Assembly: GCA_945883755.1 (NCBI GenBank) | Contig: CAMCXX010000002.1 | Location: forward strand, 42,775 to 106,774 | Source of the DNA: Bifidobacterium breve | GTDB lineage: Bacteria; Actinomycetota; Actinomycetes; Nanopelagicales; Nanopelagicaceae | DNA length: 64,000 bases | Direction of reading: 5' to 3' | Part shown: positions 32,051 to 43,257 of the stretch, one piece after another | Position numbering within the stretch: position 1 is the first letter of the stretch | Layout: the number at the start of each line of letters is the position of its first letter | The notes under the pieces: model-generated | What the model saw: the letters and a program-made list of their open reading frames with translations, nothing else | Database searches by the model: none | What the model was told of the DNA's origin: nothing | Made by a program: the position numbers and the translations under genes

Positions 32051-32290
32051 ATGATTGATGAAGCGCTAGAGCATTTAGTTAAAGGGATTGTTGATAATCC
32101 ACAAGAGGTTGTAATTAGCGAGAAAAATCATCGTGGCGGTACAACTCTTGAGGTTCGTGTGCATCCAGAGGATATTGGCAAGGTAATTGGTCGCAATGGT
32201 CGTACCGCTCGTGCACTTCGCACAGTTGTAAGTGCAATCGCTGGAAGATCAGTTCGTGTTGACTTAATCGAGGCGGACGAGGGTCGTTAA
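32051..32290 (+). CDS. khpA: KH-domain RNA-binding protein KhpA
   Basis: DIGKVIGRNGRTARALR; between rpsP and rimM. Confidence 0.93.
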   Translation: MIDEALEHLVKGIVDNPQEVVISEKNHRGGTTLEVRVHPEDIGKVIGRNGRTARALRTVVSAIAGRSVRVDLIEADEGR

Positions 32291-32291
32291 T

Positions 32292-32792
32292 TTGCAACTT
32301 GTCGTAGGTCGAATTGGCCGCGCACATGGTGTTCAAGGTGAGGCCACAGTTGAGGTTAGAACAGATCAACCCGATCAAAGATTTGCAGTTGGTGCAACGG
32401 TAAGCACTGAGGATGGTCGCAACTTAATCATTACTGGAAGCCGCTGGCACAATAAAATTCTCCTTTTATCATTTGCCGGTATAACCGATCGAGATCAAGT
32501 AGAGCAGTTGCGAGATCAACTTGTATCAACTGAGGTTGATACTGAGGATCAAGAGCCGGGCGAGTACCACTTCCAACAATTAATTGGTTGCCAGGTAAAA
32601 TTAGAGAATTCAAAAGAAATCGGCGTAGTTCGCGAAATTATTCAACTTCCTGGTCAAGATTTACTGGGGATTGACACCCCTAATGGTGAAGTTTTAATCC
32701 CAATGGTTAAGCAGATTATTATCGCCATAGATATCAAGGCTAAATTAATTGTAGTAAACCCACCAGAAGGGTTGCTAGATGTTGAAAATTGA
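32292..32792 (+). CDS. rimM: Ribosome maturation factor RimM
   Basis: VGRIGRAHGVQGE, PGQDLL, LIPMV. Confidence 0.95.
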   Translation: MQLVVGRIGRAHGVQGEATVEVRTDQPDQRFAVGATVSTEDGRNLIITGSRWHNKILLLSFAGITDRDQVEQLRDQLVSTEVDTEDQEPGEYHFQQLIGCQVKLENSKEIGVVREIIQLPGQDLLGIDTPNGEVLIPMVKQIIIAIDIKAKLIVVNPPEGLLDVEN

Positions 32793-33477
32793 TATTGTCT
32801 CCATCTTTCCAGAGTATTTAAAACCACTTGAGCTCTCTCTGCTAGGTAAGGCGCAAGAAAAGGGTTTAATCTCAATTAAGATCCATGATTTGCGCAAGCA
32901 CACAACAGATCCTCATCACTCAGTTGATGACACACCTTACGGAGGCGGGGCCGGCATGGTCATGTCTGCCGAGCCATGGGGATTAACAATTGATGAAATT
33001 AGTGATAATACAACCCAGTTTGATTTAATAATTTTAACTCCAGCTGGAAAAAAGTTTGATCAGCAAATGGCGATAGAGTTTTCAAAAAAAGAGAATCTAA
33101 TCTTTGCTTGTGGCAGGTATGAGGGAATAGATGCCAGGGTCGGTAAGTATTATGCCGGTCAAAAAAACTTTAACGTGCATGAAGTTTCGATTGGCGATTA
33201 TGTATTAGGCGGTGGTGAGGTAGCAACTATGGTGATCGTAGAAGCAACCGCTAGATTAATTCCAGGAGTATTGGGTAATCCATTATCTTTAAAAGAGGAG
33301 AGCCACACACTTACAAATAAAGATGGATCATTAGTTGAGTATCCAAATTACACAAAGCCTGCGCTATGGCGAGGTCTTGAAGTTCCTGAGATTTTGTTAT
33401 CTGGCAATCATGGCGAGATAGCGAAATGGCGAATTGCACAGGCTGAGCGTCGAACACAGGAGTTAACAGAGGAATAA
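32779..33477 (+). CDS. trmD: tRNA (guanine37-N1)-methyltransferase
   Basis: VDDTPYGGGAGMVM, CGRYEGID, SIGDYVLGGGE, LLSGNH. Confidence 0.97.
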   Translation: MLKIDIVSIFPEYLKPLELSLLGKAQEKGLISIKIHDLRKHTTDPHHSVDDTPYGGGAGMVMSAEPWGLTIDEISDNTTQFDLIILTPAGKKFDQQMAIEFSKKENLIFACGRYEGIDARVGKYYAGQKNFNVHEVSIGDYVLGGGEVATMVIVEATARLIPGVLGNPLSLKEESHTLTNKDGSLVEYPNYTKPALWRGLEVPEILLSGNHGEIAKWRIAQAERRTQELTEE

Positions 33478-33591
33478 ATTCGACACGCCAGCGGTTAAGT
33501 AGGCAGTGAGCGTTTTTTAGGGGATTATCCGCCCAAGTCAGAGCATTACTTAATGCTCATTTAAAGATAGCGATTTAGAGGGAGGTGCAAG

Positions 33592-33888
33592 ATGGCAACC
33601 GATTACGACACCCCCAGAAAAACCGATGAAGAGTTACATGAAGAGTCCCTTGAAGAGCTAAAGGCTCGACGCGCAGATGCGCAATCAGGACAGGTTGATG
33701 TTGATGAAGAAGAGGCGGCAGAGAGCTTAGAGCTTCCTGGCGCAGATCTCTCCGGTGAAGAGTTGGCATTAAAGGTTGTACCAAGACAAGAGGATGAGTT
33801 CACTTGTAATAAATGTTTCTTAGTTAAGCATATAAATCAAAAAGCTCGCGGTGAAGGTGCAAAAGCAATCTGTAAGGATTGCGAGTAA
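33592..33888 (+). CDS. DUF4193 family acidic protein
   Basis: MATDYDTPR, ELPGADLSGEEL, DEFTCNKCFLVKH, CKDC; GGAGG SD. Confidence 0.88.
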   Translation: MATDYDTPRKTDEELHEESLEELKARRADAQSGQVDVDEEEAAESLELPGADLSGEELALKVVPRQEDEFTCNKCFLVKHINQKARGEGAKAICKDCE

Positions 33889-33892
33889 CCAT

Positions 33893-34354
33893 TTATTTTT
33901 GCGCTTTAGCGAGTGCTTTCACTAATCGCTTTGGATCCTTTGATGAGATCAACCAATAAGGTGTGGGATCCTTTTTATCCTTCAGTTCGACCTTAACTCC
34001 AGTTTTGCTCCAGAAGTTAATCGCTAAGAAAGCTGCTGGATCTGCATCAACTCCCGCCACTCTTTTAAATCCTTCAGCATCTAAAGCGGTCGCCGATTTA
34101 ACAAATTTAAGATCAATCTTCGCCTTATTGGCAATTAGCATCTGGCCGTCAATAGTGGTCGTAGTGCGCATCTTGATCGAGAGCGAATAAAAGCCAGCAA
34201 AACTTATTCCTGTTACAAGTAGGGCAGCTACATTTCCCAGCGGAGCCCAAACTGAGAGATATATGGATATACAGAGCATGGCGATAAAGGACCAGATCCA
34301 AATGCCCCAGGATAATTGCTCAAAGAATTTTATCGATTTTGATTTATCATTCAT
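33893..34354 (-). CDS. DUF3093 family membrane protein
   Basis: Two TM segments, DPAAFL, DPTPYWLISS. Confidence 0.85.
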   Translation of the reverse strand: MNDKSKSIKFFEQLSWGIWIWSFIAMLCISIYLSVWAPLGNVAALLVTGISFAGFYSLSIKMRTTTTIDGQMLIANKAKIDLKFVKSATALDAEGFKRVAGVDADPAAFLAINFWSKTGVKVELKDKKDPTPYWLISSKDPKRLVKALAKAQK

Positions 34355-34379
34355 CTTAGGGAAAGGATACGCTTACTTT

Positions 34380-34964
34380 ATGAGTCGAATTGCAAGCACT
34401 ATTCCACCCGCTGATGCAGTTATGCCGATTCGCCATCCAAAGGCGCCAGCGATCGGATCTCAAATCCCATCGCATTTTGGTCATTGCTACGGCTGTGGTG
34501 AATTACATAAAACTGGGTTGCACTTTACAGCGATCGCTGGGAAAGATTTAGATCTAACTGGCAGTTTCACAGTTACAGAGAATCATCAAGGAGCACCCGG
34601 ATTAGCACATGGTGGATTGCTCTCCCTAGCCTTTGATGAGGCAATGGGAAAGTTGATGTGGTTAATTAGAACCCCTGCTGTTACCGGAAGACTTGAGACA
34701 GATTTTTTAATGCCGGTGCCAATGGGTAGAACCCTCTTTATAAATGCGAAAATTACTGGGCAATCTGGGCGAAAAATTTATGTCGAAGCAGAGGGGCGAT
34801 TAGATTCAGTTACAGGTGAGCTTGCGGTCAAGGCGGCCGCAATATTTATTGCTGTTCCAATGCAGCATTTCATCAGTAACTTAACCGCAGAGTACAAAGA
34901 GCATTTGAAACAACATCCCGGATTACTAGCTTTTGTTGATCCAGATTTTGATATTAATCCATGA
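34380..34964 (+). CDS. PaaI family thioesterase
   Basis: CYGCG, HQGAPGLAHGG, FDE; ATG 34380 taken as start. Confidence 0.88.
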   Translation: MSRIASTIPPADAVMPIRHPKAPAIGSQIPSHFGHCYGCGELHKTGLHFTAIAGKDLDLTGSFTVTENHQGAPGLAHGGLLSLAFDEAMGKLMWLIRTPAVTGRLETDFLMPVPMGRTLFINAKITGQSGRKIYVEAEGRLDSVTGELAVKAAAIFIAVPMQHFISNLTAEYKEHLKQHPGLLAFVDPDFDINP

Positions 34965-35401
34965 GCAAATTACAGGTATTAGTAACGCGGCTTGATAAAT
35001 CTATGCCAACTCCTTCTTACGCTAAGGGCGGAGATGCCGGAGCAGATTTAAGTACCGCAATTGATTTTACGATAGCTCCTGGTGAGCGAAAATTAATTCC
35101 AACCGGCATTAGTATCGCCCTGCCAGATGGCTATGCAGCCTTTGTTCATCCTCGATCTGGATTAGCAATTAAGTACGGCGTATCGATGGTCAATACACCT
35201 GGAACTATTGATGCTGGATATCGAGGTGAGCTTCAAGTGATCTTAATTAATCATGATTTAACCCAATCAGCATCCTTTAAAAAAGGCGATCGAATTGCCC
35301 AATTAGTAATTCAAAGGGTGGAAAGAGCTGAGTTTGTTGAAGTTACTCAATTACCAGGATCGCAGCGAGCAACTGGTGGATTTGGATCAACCGGCTCATG
35401 A
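34961..35401 (+). CDS. dut: dUTP diphosphatase
   Basis: GDAGADL, PRSGLA, GTIDAGYRGE, RIAQL, GGFGSTG. Confidence 0.97.
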   Translation: MSKLQVLVTRLDKSMPTPSYAKGGDAGADLSTAIDFTIAPGERKLIPTGISIALPDGYAAFVHPRSGLAIKYGVSMVNTPGTIDAGYRGELQVILINHDLTQSASFKKGDRIAQLVIQRVERAEFVEVTQLPGSQRATGGFGSTGS

Positions 35402-36039
35402 GTTATGAAGGTCAAGCACAAGATAAAGATAAAGTCATCAACGCATTGGGTGGCAAGCGGGGTTTAATCGACTCTGGTTTGCCCGCTTTGGTATTTCTTG
35501 TTGTATTCAACCTATCTGATCAAAATATCAATACCGCCATTTGGGCGGCGTTAACCTTGTCCGCTACCTTAACTTTCTATCGTTTAATTAAACGAGAGAC
35601 ATTACAACATGCCTTTTCAGGGTTAATCGGAGTTGCAATTTGCGCCCTAATATCTCGGCGCAGTGGAAATGCGGCGGATTTTTACCTACCTGGGCTTTGG
35701 ATTAATGCTGCATATGGAGCTCTTTACGCATTTACCAATTTAATTAAATGGCCAATTTTGGGTGTTTTACTTGGACCAATTTTGGGCGAGAACTTCCTAT
35801 GGCGCAAGGATCCAAAACGGCTTCGTGCATATATAAATGCTGGTTGGTTGTGGGTTGGTTTATTTGCCTCTAGATTAATTGTTCAGTATCCACTTTACGA
35901 AAGTGGAAATATTAATGCGTTAGGAACCGCCAGATTATTAATGGGCTATCCATTATTTATATTAGCTGCTTGGGGCAGTTGGTTGATTTTAAAGAGAGTT
36001 CCTACAACGCCAGGGGCGCAGGATCAAAGTAAGAGTTAG
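35398..36039 (+). CDS. DUF3159 family membrane protein
   Basis: LGGKRGLIDSGLP, FYLPG, LVQYPLY-like and MGYPL motifs. Confidence 0.85.
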   Translation: MSYEGQAQDKDKVINALGGKRGLIDSGLPALVFLVVFNLSDQNINTAIWAALTLSATLTFYRLIKRETLQHAFSGLIGVAICALISRRSGNAADFYLPGLWINAAYGALYAFTNLIKWPILGVLLGPILGENFLWRKDPKRLRAYINAGWLWVGLFASRLIVQYPLYESGNINALGTARLLMGYPLFILAAWGSWLILKRVPTTPGAQDQSKS

Positions 36040-36695
36040 GCGCCAATAAAACAGGCTTTTAATTGATTCTCAGCCTTTGCCGAAGCTACAAAAAGTAATT
36101 CATCACCGGCAGCGAAAACATCATGCTCTTGTGGTGCAATCACTCTGCCATCTCGAACAATTGCAGCGAGTGAAGCATCCTCGGGCAGCTCTACCTCACC
36201 AACAGTTCGACCACAACACTTTGCTGAATCTGGCAGAGTAATCTCCACTAAATTCGCTTCACCTTTGCGGAAAGAGAATAGACGTACTACATCACCGACG
36301 GTAACCGCCTCTTCGACTAGGGCGGAGATAATTCTTGGTGTCGATACTGCAACATCAACTCCCCATGAAGAGTCAAACATCCACTCATTTTTTGGATGAT
36401 TAACACGCGCAACTACTCGAGGAACACCGTACTCAGTTTTTCCGAGGAGGGAGGCAACTAGATTTACCTTGTCATCACCAGTTGCAGCAACAAGCACTTG
36501 GCAGCCATCTAACTTTGCTAGATCAAGGGAGGTAATTTCACATGCATCAGCAAGTAACCATTCAGCTGCTGGTACCGAATCCATTTTTAATGCTTTTGGA
36601 TCTCGATCAATTAATAAAACTTGATGACCATTCTCAAGTAGTTCGCGAGCAATAGCGCGACCAACATTTCCAGCTCCGGCGATAGCAATTCTCAT
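36036..36695 (-). CDS. TrkA/KtrA family RCK protein (CeoC-like)
   Basis: IAGAGNVG, ATGDDKVNL, ARVNHPKNEW, WGVDVAVSTP; ATG at 36695. Confidence 0.9.
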   Translation of the reverse strand: MRIAIAGAGNVGRAIARELLENGHQVLLIDRDPKALKMDSVPAAEWLLADACEITSLDLAKLDGCQVLVAATGDDKVNLVASLLGKTEYGVPRVVARVNHPKNEWMFDSSWGVDVAVSTPRIISALVEEAVTVGDVVRLFSFRKGEANLVEITLPDSAKCCGRTVGEVELPEDASLAAIVRDGRVIAPQEHDVFAAGDELLFVASAKAENQLKACFIGA

Positions 36696-36696
36696 A

Positions 36697-37359
36697 TTAA
36701 TTTCCATCCGGTGATGCTGATAAAGTTTTTTCAATATTTGAGATCTCTTTTTCAGATGCAATCACATGCACTAAATCACCCTCTTGTAAAACAGTGTGCT
36801 CATCTGGAACAAGCGCCTCACCTAATCTGGTTATGAAGGCAACTCGAGCATCGGTATTTTTCTCAATCAGCGTTACCGCTTCACCATACCAATCACCATG
36901 CAGATGAACCTCAAGTAATTGCACAGTGCCAGTTGCATCTCGCCATTCAGATTTTGAACCAGATGGTGATAATCGGCGCATAATTTGATCGGTTGTCCAC
37001 AGCACAGTGGCTACAGTTGGAATTCCTAACCGTTGGTAAATTTCGGCTCGACCTGGATCATAAATTCTGGCAACAACATTGCTAACACCAAAAGTTTCAC
37101 GAGCAACACGAGCCGCCAAAATATTTGAGTTATCACCATTTGAAACGGCGGCAAAGGCATCGGCCTTTTCTATCCCGGCTTCAAGCAAGGTGTCTCGATC
37201 AAATCCAACACCGGCAATGGTTCGACCATTGAAATCTGCGCCTAGTCGGCGAAATGCTTCGCGGTTTTGATCGATTACAGCGACGGTATGTCCAGCTTTT
37301 TCTAAATCAACCGCCAAAGTAGATCCGACTCGACCGCAACCCATGATTACAACGTGCAC
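36697..37359 (-). CDS. TrkA/KtrA family RCK protein (CeoB-like)
   Basis: IMGCGRVG, GDNSNI, ARIYDP, RLGIPTVAT; GTG at 37359. Confidence 0.9.
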   Translation of the reverse strand: MHVVIMGCGRVGSTLAVDLEKAGHTVAVIDQNREAFRRLGADFNGRTIAGVGFDRDTLLEAGIEKADAFAAVSNGDNSNILAARVARETFGVSNVVARIYDPGRAEIYQRLGIPTVATVLWTTDQIMRRLSPSGSKSEWRDATGTVQLLEVHLHGDWYGEAVTLIEKNTDARVAFITRLGEALVPDEHTVLQEGDLVHVIASEKEISNIEKTLSASPDGN

Positions 37360-37391
37360 GGAGTACAACTTACACCCGTACTCTACGAGTT

Positions 37392-38594
37392 GTGGAATTA
37401 GACGCTGGCGAACGGTTAAAAGTAGGCGAAATTCTCGAGGTTGAAATCGGACCAATTGCTCATGGTGGACACTTTGTTGCCAGGCATAATGGCCAGGTAA
37501 TTTTTGTTAGACATGCGATTACTGGCGAAAGAGTAAAGATAAAGATTACGGCAGTTAATTCCAAGATCGCACATGCAGATCTTTTTGAGTTATTAATCTC
37601 AGCTCCAGAGCGGGTTTCTGCTCCATGTAAGTACGCCGGAATTTGTGGTGGTTGCGACTTTCAACATATTTCATTAAGCGCACAACTTAATTTCAAAAGA
37701 TCGATAATTTTGGAGCAGTTTTTAAGGATCGGCAAAATTGATTTGGTTACAGAAGGTTTTGATCTACCAATGCATCAATTATCGCCAACTGATGGTCTGC
37801 ACTGGCGAACCAGAATGGATTTTGCAGTCTCACCCCAAGGCAAAATTGGTTTCTTTGGCGCTCGAAGTAACTCTGTAATTGAGATTGATGATTGCTTAAT
37901 TGCTGATGAACGTATGAAGGTATCAGATTTGGTAAATCGAAGTTGGAAATCAGATGCCCGAGTAGAGGTTGCAGTTTCCAGCACATCCGAGATTTCGGTT
38001 ATGCGATCTGGTCGCAGTATTAGTGGGCCGACACAATTAACGGAGCAGGTAGATGGAAACTCATTTCGAATTTCGCCAGTTGCTTTTTGGCAAAGTCATC
38101 GAAATGCACCAACCACATTAGTAAAAGCCGCCCTTGCTCAACTTGCAGCTAAGCCTGGGGATTGGGTATGTGATCTCTATTCTGGAGTAGGTTTATTTGC
38201 AGCACAGATTTTGCATCAAGTTGGACGACAAGGTGAAGTGACCTTAATTGAGAGTGATAAAACTGCAGTGGCTGATGCGAGAAAGATATTTAGTAAATAT
38301 GAGAATGTAAGTATTTTTGCTGGATTAGTAGATCAACAGTTAGCCCAAGTAAAACGAGCAAACGCTATTTTGCTAGATCCACCTCGTACCGGAGCTGGTG
38401 AATCAGTGATCAAACAAATGGTGAAATTAAGACCGCGAAAAATTGTTTATGTAGCGTGTGATCCTGCTGCGCTGGCCAGAGATGCTAAATATTTAAAAGA
38501 GAGTGGTTATAAGTTAGATCACATAGAAGGGTTTGATTTGTTTCCAATGACTCAGCACATGGAATGCGTGGCTGGATTTTCACCAGCAAACTAG
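37392..38594 (+). CDS. TRAM-domain RNA m5U methyltransferase (RlmD/TrmA family)
   Basis: IAHGG TRAM domain, CGGCDFQH, DLYSGVGLF, DPPRTG, DLFPMTQHMEC. Confidence 0.92.
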   Translation: MELDAGERLKVGEILEVEIGPIAHGGHFVARHNGQVIFVRHAITGERVKIKITAVNSKIAHADLFELLISAPERVSAPCKYAGICGGCDFQHISLSAQLNFKRSIILEQFLRIGKIDLVTEGFDLPMHQLSPTDGLHWRTRMDFAVSPQGKIGFFGARSNSVIEIDDCLIADERMKVSDLVNRSWKSDARVEVAVSSTSEISVMRSGRSISGPTQLTEQVDGNSFRISPVAFWQSHRNAPTTLVKAALAQLAAKPGDWVCDLYSGVGLFAAQILHQVGRQGEVTLIESDKTAVADARKIFSKYENVSIFAGLVDQQLAQVKRANAILLDPPRTGAGESVIKQMVKLRPRKIVYVACDPAALARDAKYLKESGYKLDHIEGFDLFPMTQHMECVAGFSPAN

Positions 38595-38634
38595 TAAGAT
38601 TTAGATATTCCCATAGAAGAGTAGGTGGCCGGTT

Positions 38635-41292
38635 ATGAGTAAAAACTCCTTTAATGCCAAGACCACCCTACAAGTTTCTGGCAAAGAGTATGAGATCTTT
38701 GATATTACTAACTTTGCCCAAGCTAAGGATTTACCCTTCTCCCTAAAAATATTGTTAGAGAACTTATTGCGCACTGAGGATGGCGCAAATATCACCGCCG
38801 AACAGATAAAAGCTTTAGCCGCTTGGGACCCAGCTGCTGAACCTGATACCGAGATTCAATTTACGCCAGCTCGTGTGATTATGCAGGATTTCACCGGTGT
38901 TCCATGCATAGTAGATCTAGCAACTATGCGAGAAGCAATAGTTGAATTAGGAGGGGATCCGGCAAAGGTTAATCCACTCTCACCAGCTGAGTTAGTAATT
39001 GATCACTCAGTTATTGCCGATAAATTTGGAACACAAGATTCCTTTGAACAAAATACCGATATTGAGTATCAACGAAATCAAGAGCGTTACCGTTTTCTTC
39101 GCTGGGGACAAACCGCCTTTGACGAATTTAAAGTTGTTCCACCAGGAACTGGCATTGTCCACCAGGTGAATATTGAGTTCTTAGCTCGAGTAATTATGAC
39201 GCGCAATGTAGATGGAAAGTTAAGAGCTTATCCAGATACGGTAGTTGGCACCGATTCACACACCACCATGGTTAATGGTTTAGGCGTCCTGGGTTGGGGA
39301 GTAGGCGGCATCGAAGCAGAGGCGGCGCTATTAGGACAGCCTGTTTCAATGTTAATTCCAAAGGTGGTTGGCTTTAAGTTAAGTGGAGAGCTACCAACCG
39401 GAACAACTGCTACCGATCTAGTGTTAACAATTACCGAAATGCTGCGTAAACATGGTGTGGTTGGTAAGTTTGTCGAGTTTTATGGTCCTGGAGTTTCGGC
39501 ACTTCCAATGGCTAATCGAGTAACTATTGGAAATATGTCACCAGAGTACGGTTCTACAGTTGCTATCTTCCCAATTGATGAAGAGAGCATTCGCTATTTG
39601 AAATTTACTGGGCGCAGTGCAGAGCAGCTAGAGCTTGTTGAAACGTATGCCAAGGTAAATGGGTTGTGGCATGACCCAGCAGCCGAGCCTAGATTTTCAG
39701 AAAAATTACAGTTAAATCTAGCCACAATTGTTCCATCGATCGCCGGTCCAAAGCGACCACAGGATCGAATTGGTTTAGTCGATGCTAAATCCGCTTATGA
39801 AAAAATTGCACCAACATACTTCAGTGATAAAACCAATAAGAGCAAGATTGATATTAAGGTAAATGGGAAAGCAACAACTGTTACTAATGGAGATGTAGTA
39901 ATTGCATCCATTACTTCATGTACCAACACTTCAAACCCTTCTGTGATGATTGGCGCAGCACTTCTTGCAAAGAAGGCGGTTGAGAAAGGTTTAAGCTCTA
40001 AACCTTGGGTTAAAACCACATTGGCTCCTGGTTCAAAGGTGGTCACCGATTATTACGATCGATCTGGCCTGACTCCCTACATGGAGAAGTTAGGTTTTAA
40101 TTTAGTCGGCTACGGTTGTGTAACTTGTATTGGAAACTCAGGGCCACTGCCGATTGAGATCAGTAAGGCAATTAATGAGAATGATTTAGCTGTATCTGCA
40201 GTCTTATCTGGAAATAGAAACTTTGAGGGTCGAATCTCACCAGATGTGAAGATGAATTACCTAGCATCGCCTCCGCTTGTGGTGGCTTACGCTTTAACTG
40301 GATCAATGAATCATGATTTTGAGAGTGAACCAATTGGAAATGGCAGTGATGGTAAGCCTGTCTTTCTACGAGATATCTGGCCTACTCAATCTGAGATTCA
40401 GACCGTGATTGATTCATCAATCTCATCTGAAATGTTTACCAAGGATTACGCATCGGTTTTTGATGGCGATCACAGATGGAAATCCTTAGCAACTCCTACC
40501 GGAAAAATCTTTGAATGGGATGCAAAATCAACCTATGTTCGTAAACCACCATACTTTGAAAATATGCCACGGGATCCAAAGCCAGTCACCAATATTTCAG
40601 GCGCGAGAGTTTTAGCAATTCTGGGAGATTCAGTTACAACTGATCACATATCACCGGCTGGAAATATAAAGGCAGATTCACCCGCTGGAAAGTACTTAGC
40701 TGAGAATGGAATTGATCGCGCAGATTTCAACTCATACGGTTCCAGACGTGGAAATCATGAGGTAATGATTCGCGGAACTTTTGCCAATATACGTCTGAAA
40801 AATCTACTTCTTAATGGAGTTGAAGGTGGATTTACTAAGAACTTTTTAGCAAATGGCGAACAAGCCACAATTTATGATGCTTCCATGGCTTACCAAGCAG
40901 CGGGAATTCCGTTGGTGATCTTGGCAGGTAAAGAGTATGGCTCTGGCTCTTCCCGTGACTGGGCTGCCAAGGGAACTGCATTGCTCGGAGTTCGCGCTGT
41001 TATTGCTGAATCATTTGAAAGAATTCATCGATCAAACTTAATTGGTATGGGTGTACTTCCATTGCAATTCCAAGATGGTGAGAGCGCGGCCAAGCTAGGA
41101 ATTACTGGGGAAGAGAGCTTTGCAATAACTGGTGTAGAAGAGCTAAATAGTGGCCCAGCGCCAAAGTTGGTCACGGTAATCGGCGGTTCAAAGAGTTTTA
41201 AAGCCAAGCTTCGAATCGATACACCCGGTGAGGCAGATTACTATCGCCATGGCGGCATCATGCAGTTCGTATTACGCTCACTTTTAAAGTAA
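38635..41292 (+). CDS. acnA: Aconitate hydratase A
   Basis: [41 protein letters not shown]. Confidence 0.98.
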   Translation: MSKNSFNAKTTLQVSGKEYEIFDITNFAQAKDLPFSLKILLENLLRTEDGANITAEQIKALAAWDPAAEPDTEIQFTPARVIMQDFTGVPCIVDLATMREAIVELGGDPAKVNPLSPAELVIDHSVIADKFGTQDSFEQNTDIEYQRNQERYRFLRWGQTAFDEFKVVPPGTGIVHQVNIEFLARVIMTRNVDGKLRAYPDTVVGTDSHTTMVNGLGVLGWGVGGIEAEAALLGQPVSMLIPKVVGFKLSGELPTGTTATDLVLTITEMLRKHGVVGKFVEFYGPGVSALPMANRVTIGNMSPEYGSTVAIFPIDEESIRYLKFTGRSAEQLELVETYAKVNGLWHDPAAEPRFSEKLQLNLATIVPSIAGPKRPQDRIGLVDAKSAYEKIAPTYFSDKTNKSKIDIKVNGKATTVTNGDVVIASITSCTNTSNPSVMIGAALLAKKAVEKGLSSKPWVKTTLAPGSKVVTDYYDRSGLTPYMEKLGFNLVGYGCVTCIGNSGPLPIEISKAINENDLAVSAVLSGNRNFEGRISPDVKMNYLASPPLVVAYALTGSMNHDFESEPIGNGSDGKPVFLRDIWPTQSEIQTVIDSSISSEMFTKDYASVFDGDHRWKSLATPTGKIFEWDAKSTYVRKPPYFENMPRDPKPVTNISGARVLAILGDSVTTDHISPAGNIKADSPAGKYLAENGIDRADFNSYGSRRGNHEVMIRGTFANIRLKNLLLNGVEGGFTKNFLANGEQATIYDASMAYQAAGIPLVILAGKEYGSGSSRDWAAKGTALLGVRAVIAESFERIHRSNLIGMGVLPLQFQDGESAAKLGITGEESFAITGVEELNSGPAPKLVTVIGGSKSFKAKLRIDTPGEADYYRHGGIMQFVLRSLLK

Positions 41293-41328
41293 ATCGCTAA
41301 TTCAATAGTACGGGTTTAAACTTCTACC

Positions 41329-43257
41329 ATGCTGGAATCAATTAAATCACCCGCTGATCTACCGGGTTTAAGCGAGGATCAATTAACAGCTTTAGCGGAG
41401 GAGATCCGATCTTTTTTAATTGAAAAAGTTTCAAAATCCGGCGGACATCTTGGCCCAAATTTAGGTATTGTTGAATTAACAATTGCATTACATCGAAGCT
41501 TTCAATCCCCAAAGGATGTCATGATCTTTGATACCGGACATCAAACCTATGTTCATAAATTGTTAACTGGCAGAATGGCTGGCTTTGATAAGTTAAGACA
41601 ACGTGGTGGCCTGGCAGGTTACCCAAATAGAGTTGAAAGCGAACATGATGTAGTCGAGAACTCACATGCATCAACCGCTCTCTCCTGGAGCGATGGTATT
41701 GCCAAGGGTTTTATGTTGACCAAGCAATCTGATCGGACAGTTGTTTGCGTAGTAGGAGATGGTTCATTAACCGGCGGTATGGCCTGGGAAGCATTAAACA
41801 ACATCGCCTCAAGCACAAATGAGAAGTTGGTAATAGTTGTAAATGATAATGAACGTTCATATTCACCAACTATTGGTGGAGTTGCTACCTACCTCTCAAC
41901 ACTTAGAACTACAAAAGGATATGAAAAGTTTTTAGATTGGGGTAAAGGAGTTCTAGAGAAAACTCCAGTAGTTGGTCATCCTATCTACGAGACATTACAT
42001 GGAATGAAAAAAGGAATCAAAGATATTATTGCGCCGCAGGGAATGTTTGAAGATTTAGGTTTGAAGTACTTTGGCCCTATTGATGGCCATGATATTTTGG
42101 CGATGGAGAAAGCGTTAAAGATCGCAAAGGAGTTTGGCGGTCCAGTTTTAGTTCACGTGATAACTGAAAAAGGTAAAGGGCATGCACCCGCAATAAATGA
42201 TGAGGCGGAGAAGTTCCATGCAGTTGGAGTTGTTGATCCAGAGACTGGCGAGCCAGTAAATAAGTCGGTTAAAAGCTGGACCTCTGTTTTCTCCGACGAA
42301 TTAGTAAAGATAGGTAATGAGCGAAGTGATGTAGTTGCCATTACCGCTGCCATGATGGGACCTACTGGATTAGATAAGTTTGAGAAAAATTTCCCAGATC
42401 GCACCTTTGATGTTGGAATTGCAGAACAACATGCGACTACCGCTGCTGCTGGTATGGCTTACGCTGGACTGCATCCTGTTGTAGCGGTTTACAGCACCTT
42501 TTTAAATAGAGCTTTTGATCAATTACTACTAGATGTGGCACTACATAAAGCTGGCGTAACCTTTGTTTTAGATAGAGCCGGCGTCACAGGTGATGATGGT
42601 CCATCACATAATGGCATTTGGGATTTAGCTTTAACTGGAATTGTGCCAACTCTTCATGTTGCAGCTCCGCGAGATGGGGCTCGAGTTCGCGAAACATTAC
42701 GCGAAGCAATTGATATCACCGACGCACCAACTCTGCTTCGTTTTCCAAAGGGTGCGGTAAATGATGATATTCCAGCTTTTGAACGCCGAGATGGCATAGA
42801 TGTTTTGTATCGCGGCGAGAGTGCGGATATTTTGCTTGTAAGTATTGGTGCATTTGCTGCCATGGCAGTGGAGGCTGCTGGCCAGGCTTATCGTGAAGGT
42901 GTTGGTGTAACTGTGATTGATCCACGCTGGGTCAAACCTCTCCCAAAATCATTAATCACTATGGCTCAGCGATACAAGAGTGTTGTAGTTCTAGAAGATG
43001 GTATTAAACATGGCGGTATCGCCAGCACAATCAGTGAATTGTTTCGTGATGCTGGATTATCGGTACCAGTTCACTCAATCGGTGTACCGCTTGCATTTAT
43101 TGAACACTCAAAACGTGCCGAAGTTTTGCAAGATCTAGGCATCACAGTTCAAAACATCACTCGATCCTTAGTTACTTGGAGCGCAAGCGATTTATCGGTT
43201 AAGGAAGAGATGCAACTCCAGCGGGATGAAAACGCGCACCGCAAACCGCTTCACTAA
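41329..43257 (+). CDS. dxs: 1-deoxy-D-xylulose-5-phosphate synthase
   Basis: [24 protein letters not shown]...[15 protein letters not shown]. Confidence 0.97.
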   Translation: MLESIKSPADLPGLSEDQLTALAEEIRSFLIEKVSKSGGHLGPNLGIVELTIALHRSFQSPKDVMIFDTGHQTYVHKLLTGRMAGFDKLRQRGGLAGYPNRVESEHDVVENSHASTALSWSDGIAKGFMLTKQSDRTVVCVVGDGSLTGGMAWEALNNIASSTNEKLVIVVNDNERSYSPTIGGVATYLSTLRTTKGYEKFLDWGKGVLEKTPVVGHPIYETLHGMKKGIKDIIAPQGMFEDLGLKYFGPIDGHDILAMEKALKIAKEFGGPVLVHVITEKGKGHAPAINDEAEKFHAVGVVDPETGEPVNKSVKSWTSVFSDELVKIGNERSDVVAITAAMMGPTGLDKFEKNFPDRTFDVGIAEQHATTAAAGMAYAGLHPVVAVYSTFLNRAFDQLLLDVALHKAGVTFVLDRAGVTGDDGPSHNGIWDLALTGIVPTLHVAAPRDGARVRETLREAIDITDAPTLLRFPKGAVNDDIPAFERRDGIDVLYRGESADILLVSIGAFAAMAVEAAGQAYREGVGVTVIDPRWVKPLPKSLITMAQRYKSVVVLEDGIKHGGIASTISELFRDAGLSVPVHSIGVPLAFIEHSKRAEVLQDLGITVQNITRSLVTWSASDLSVKEEMQLQRDENAHRKPLH

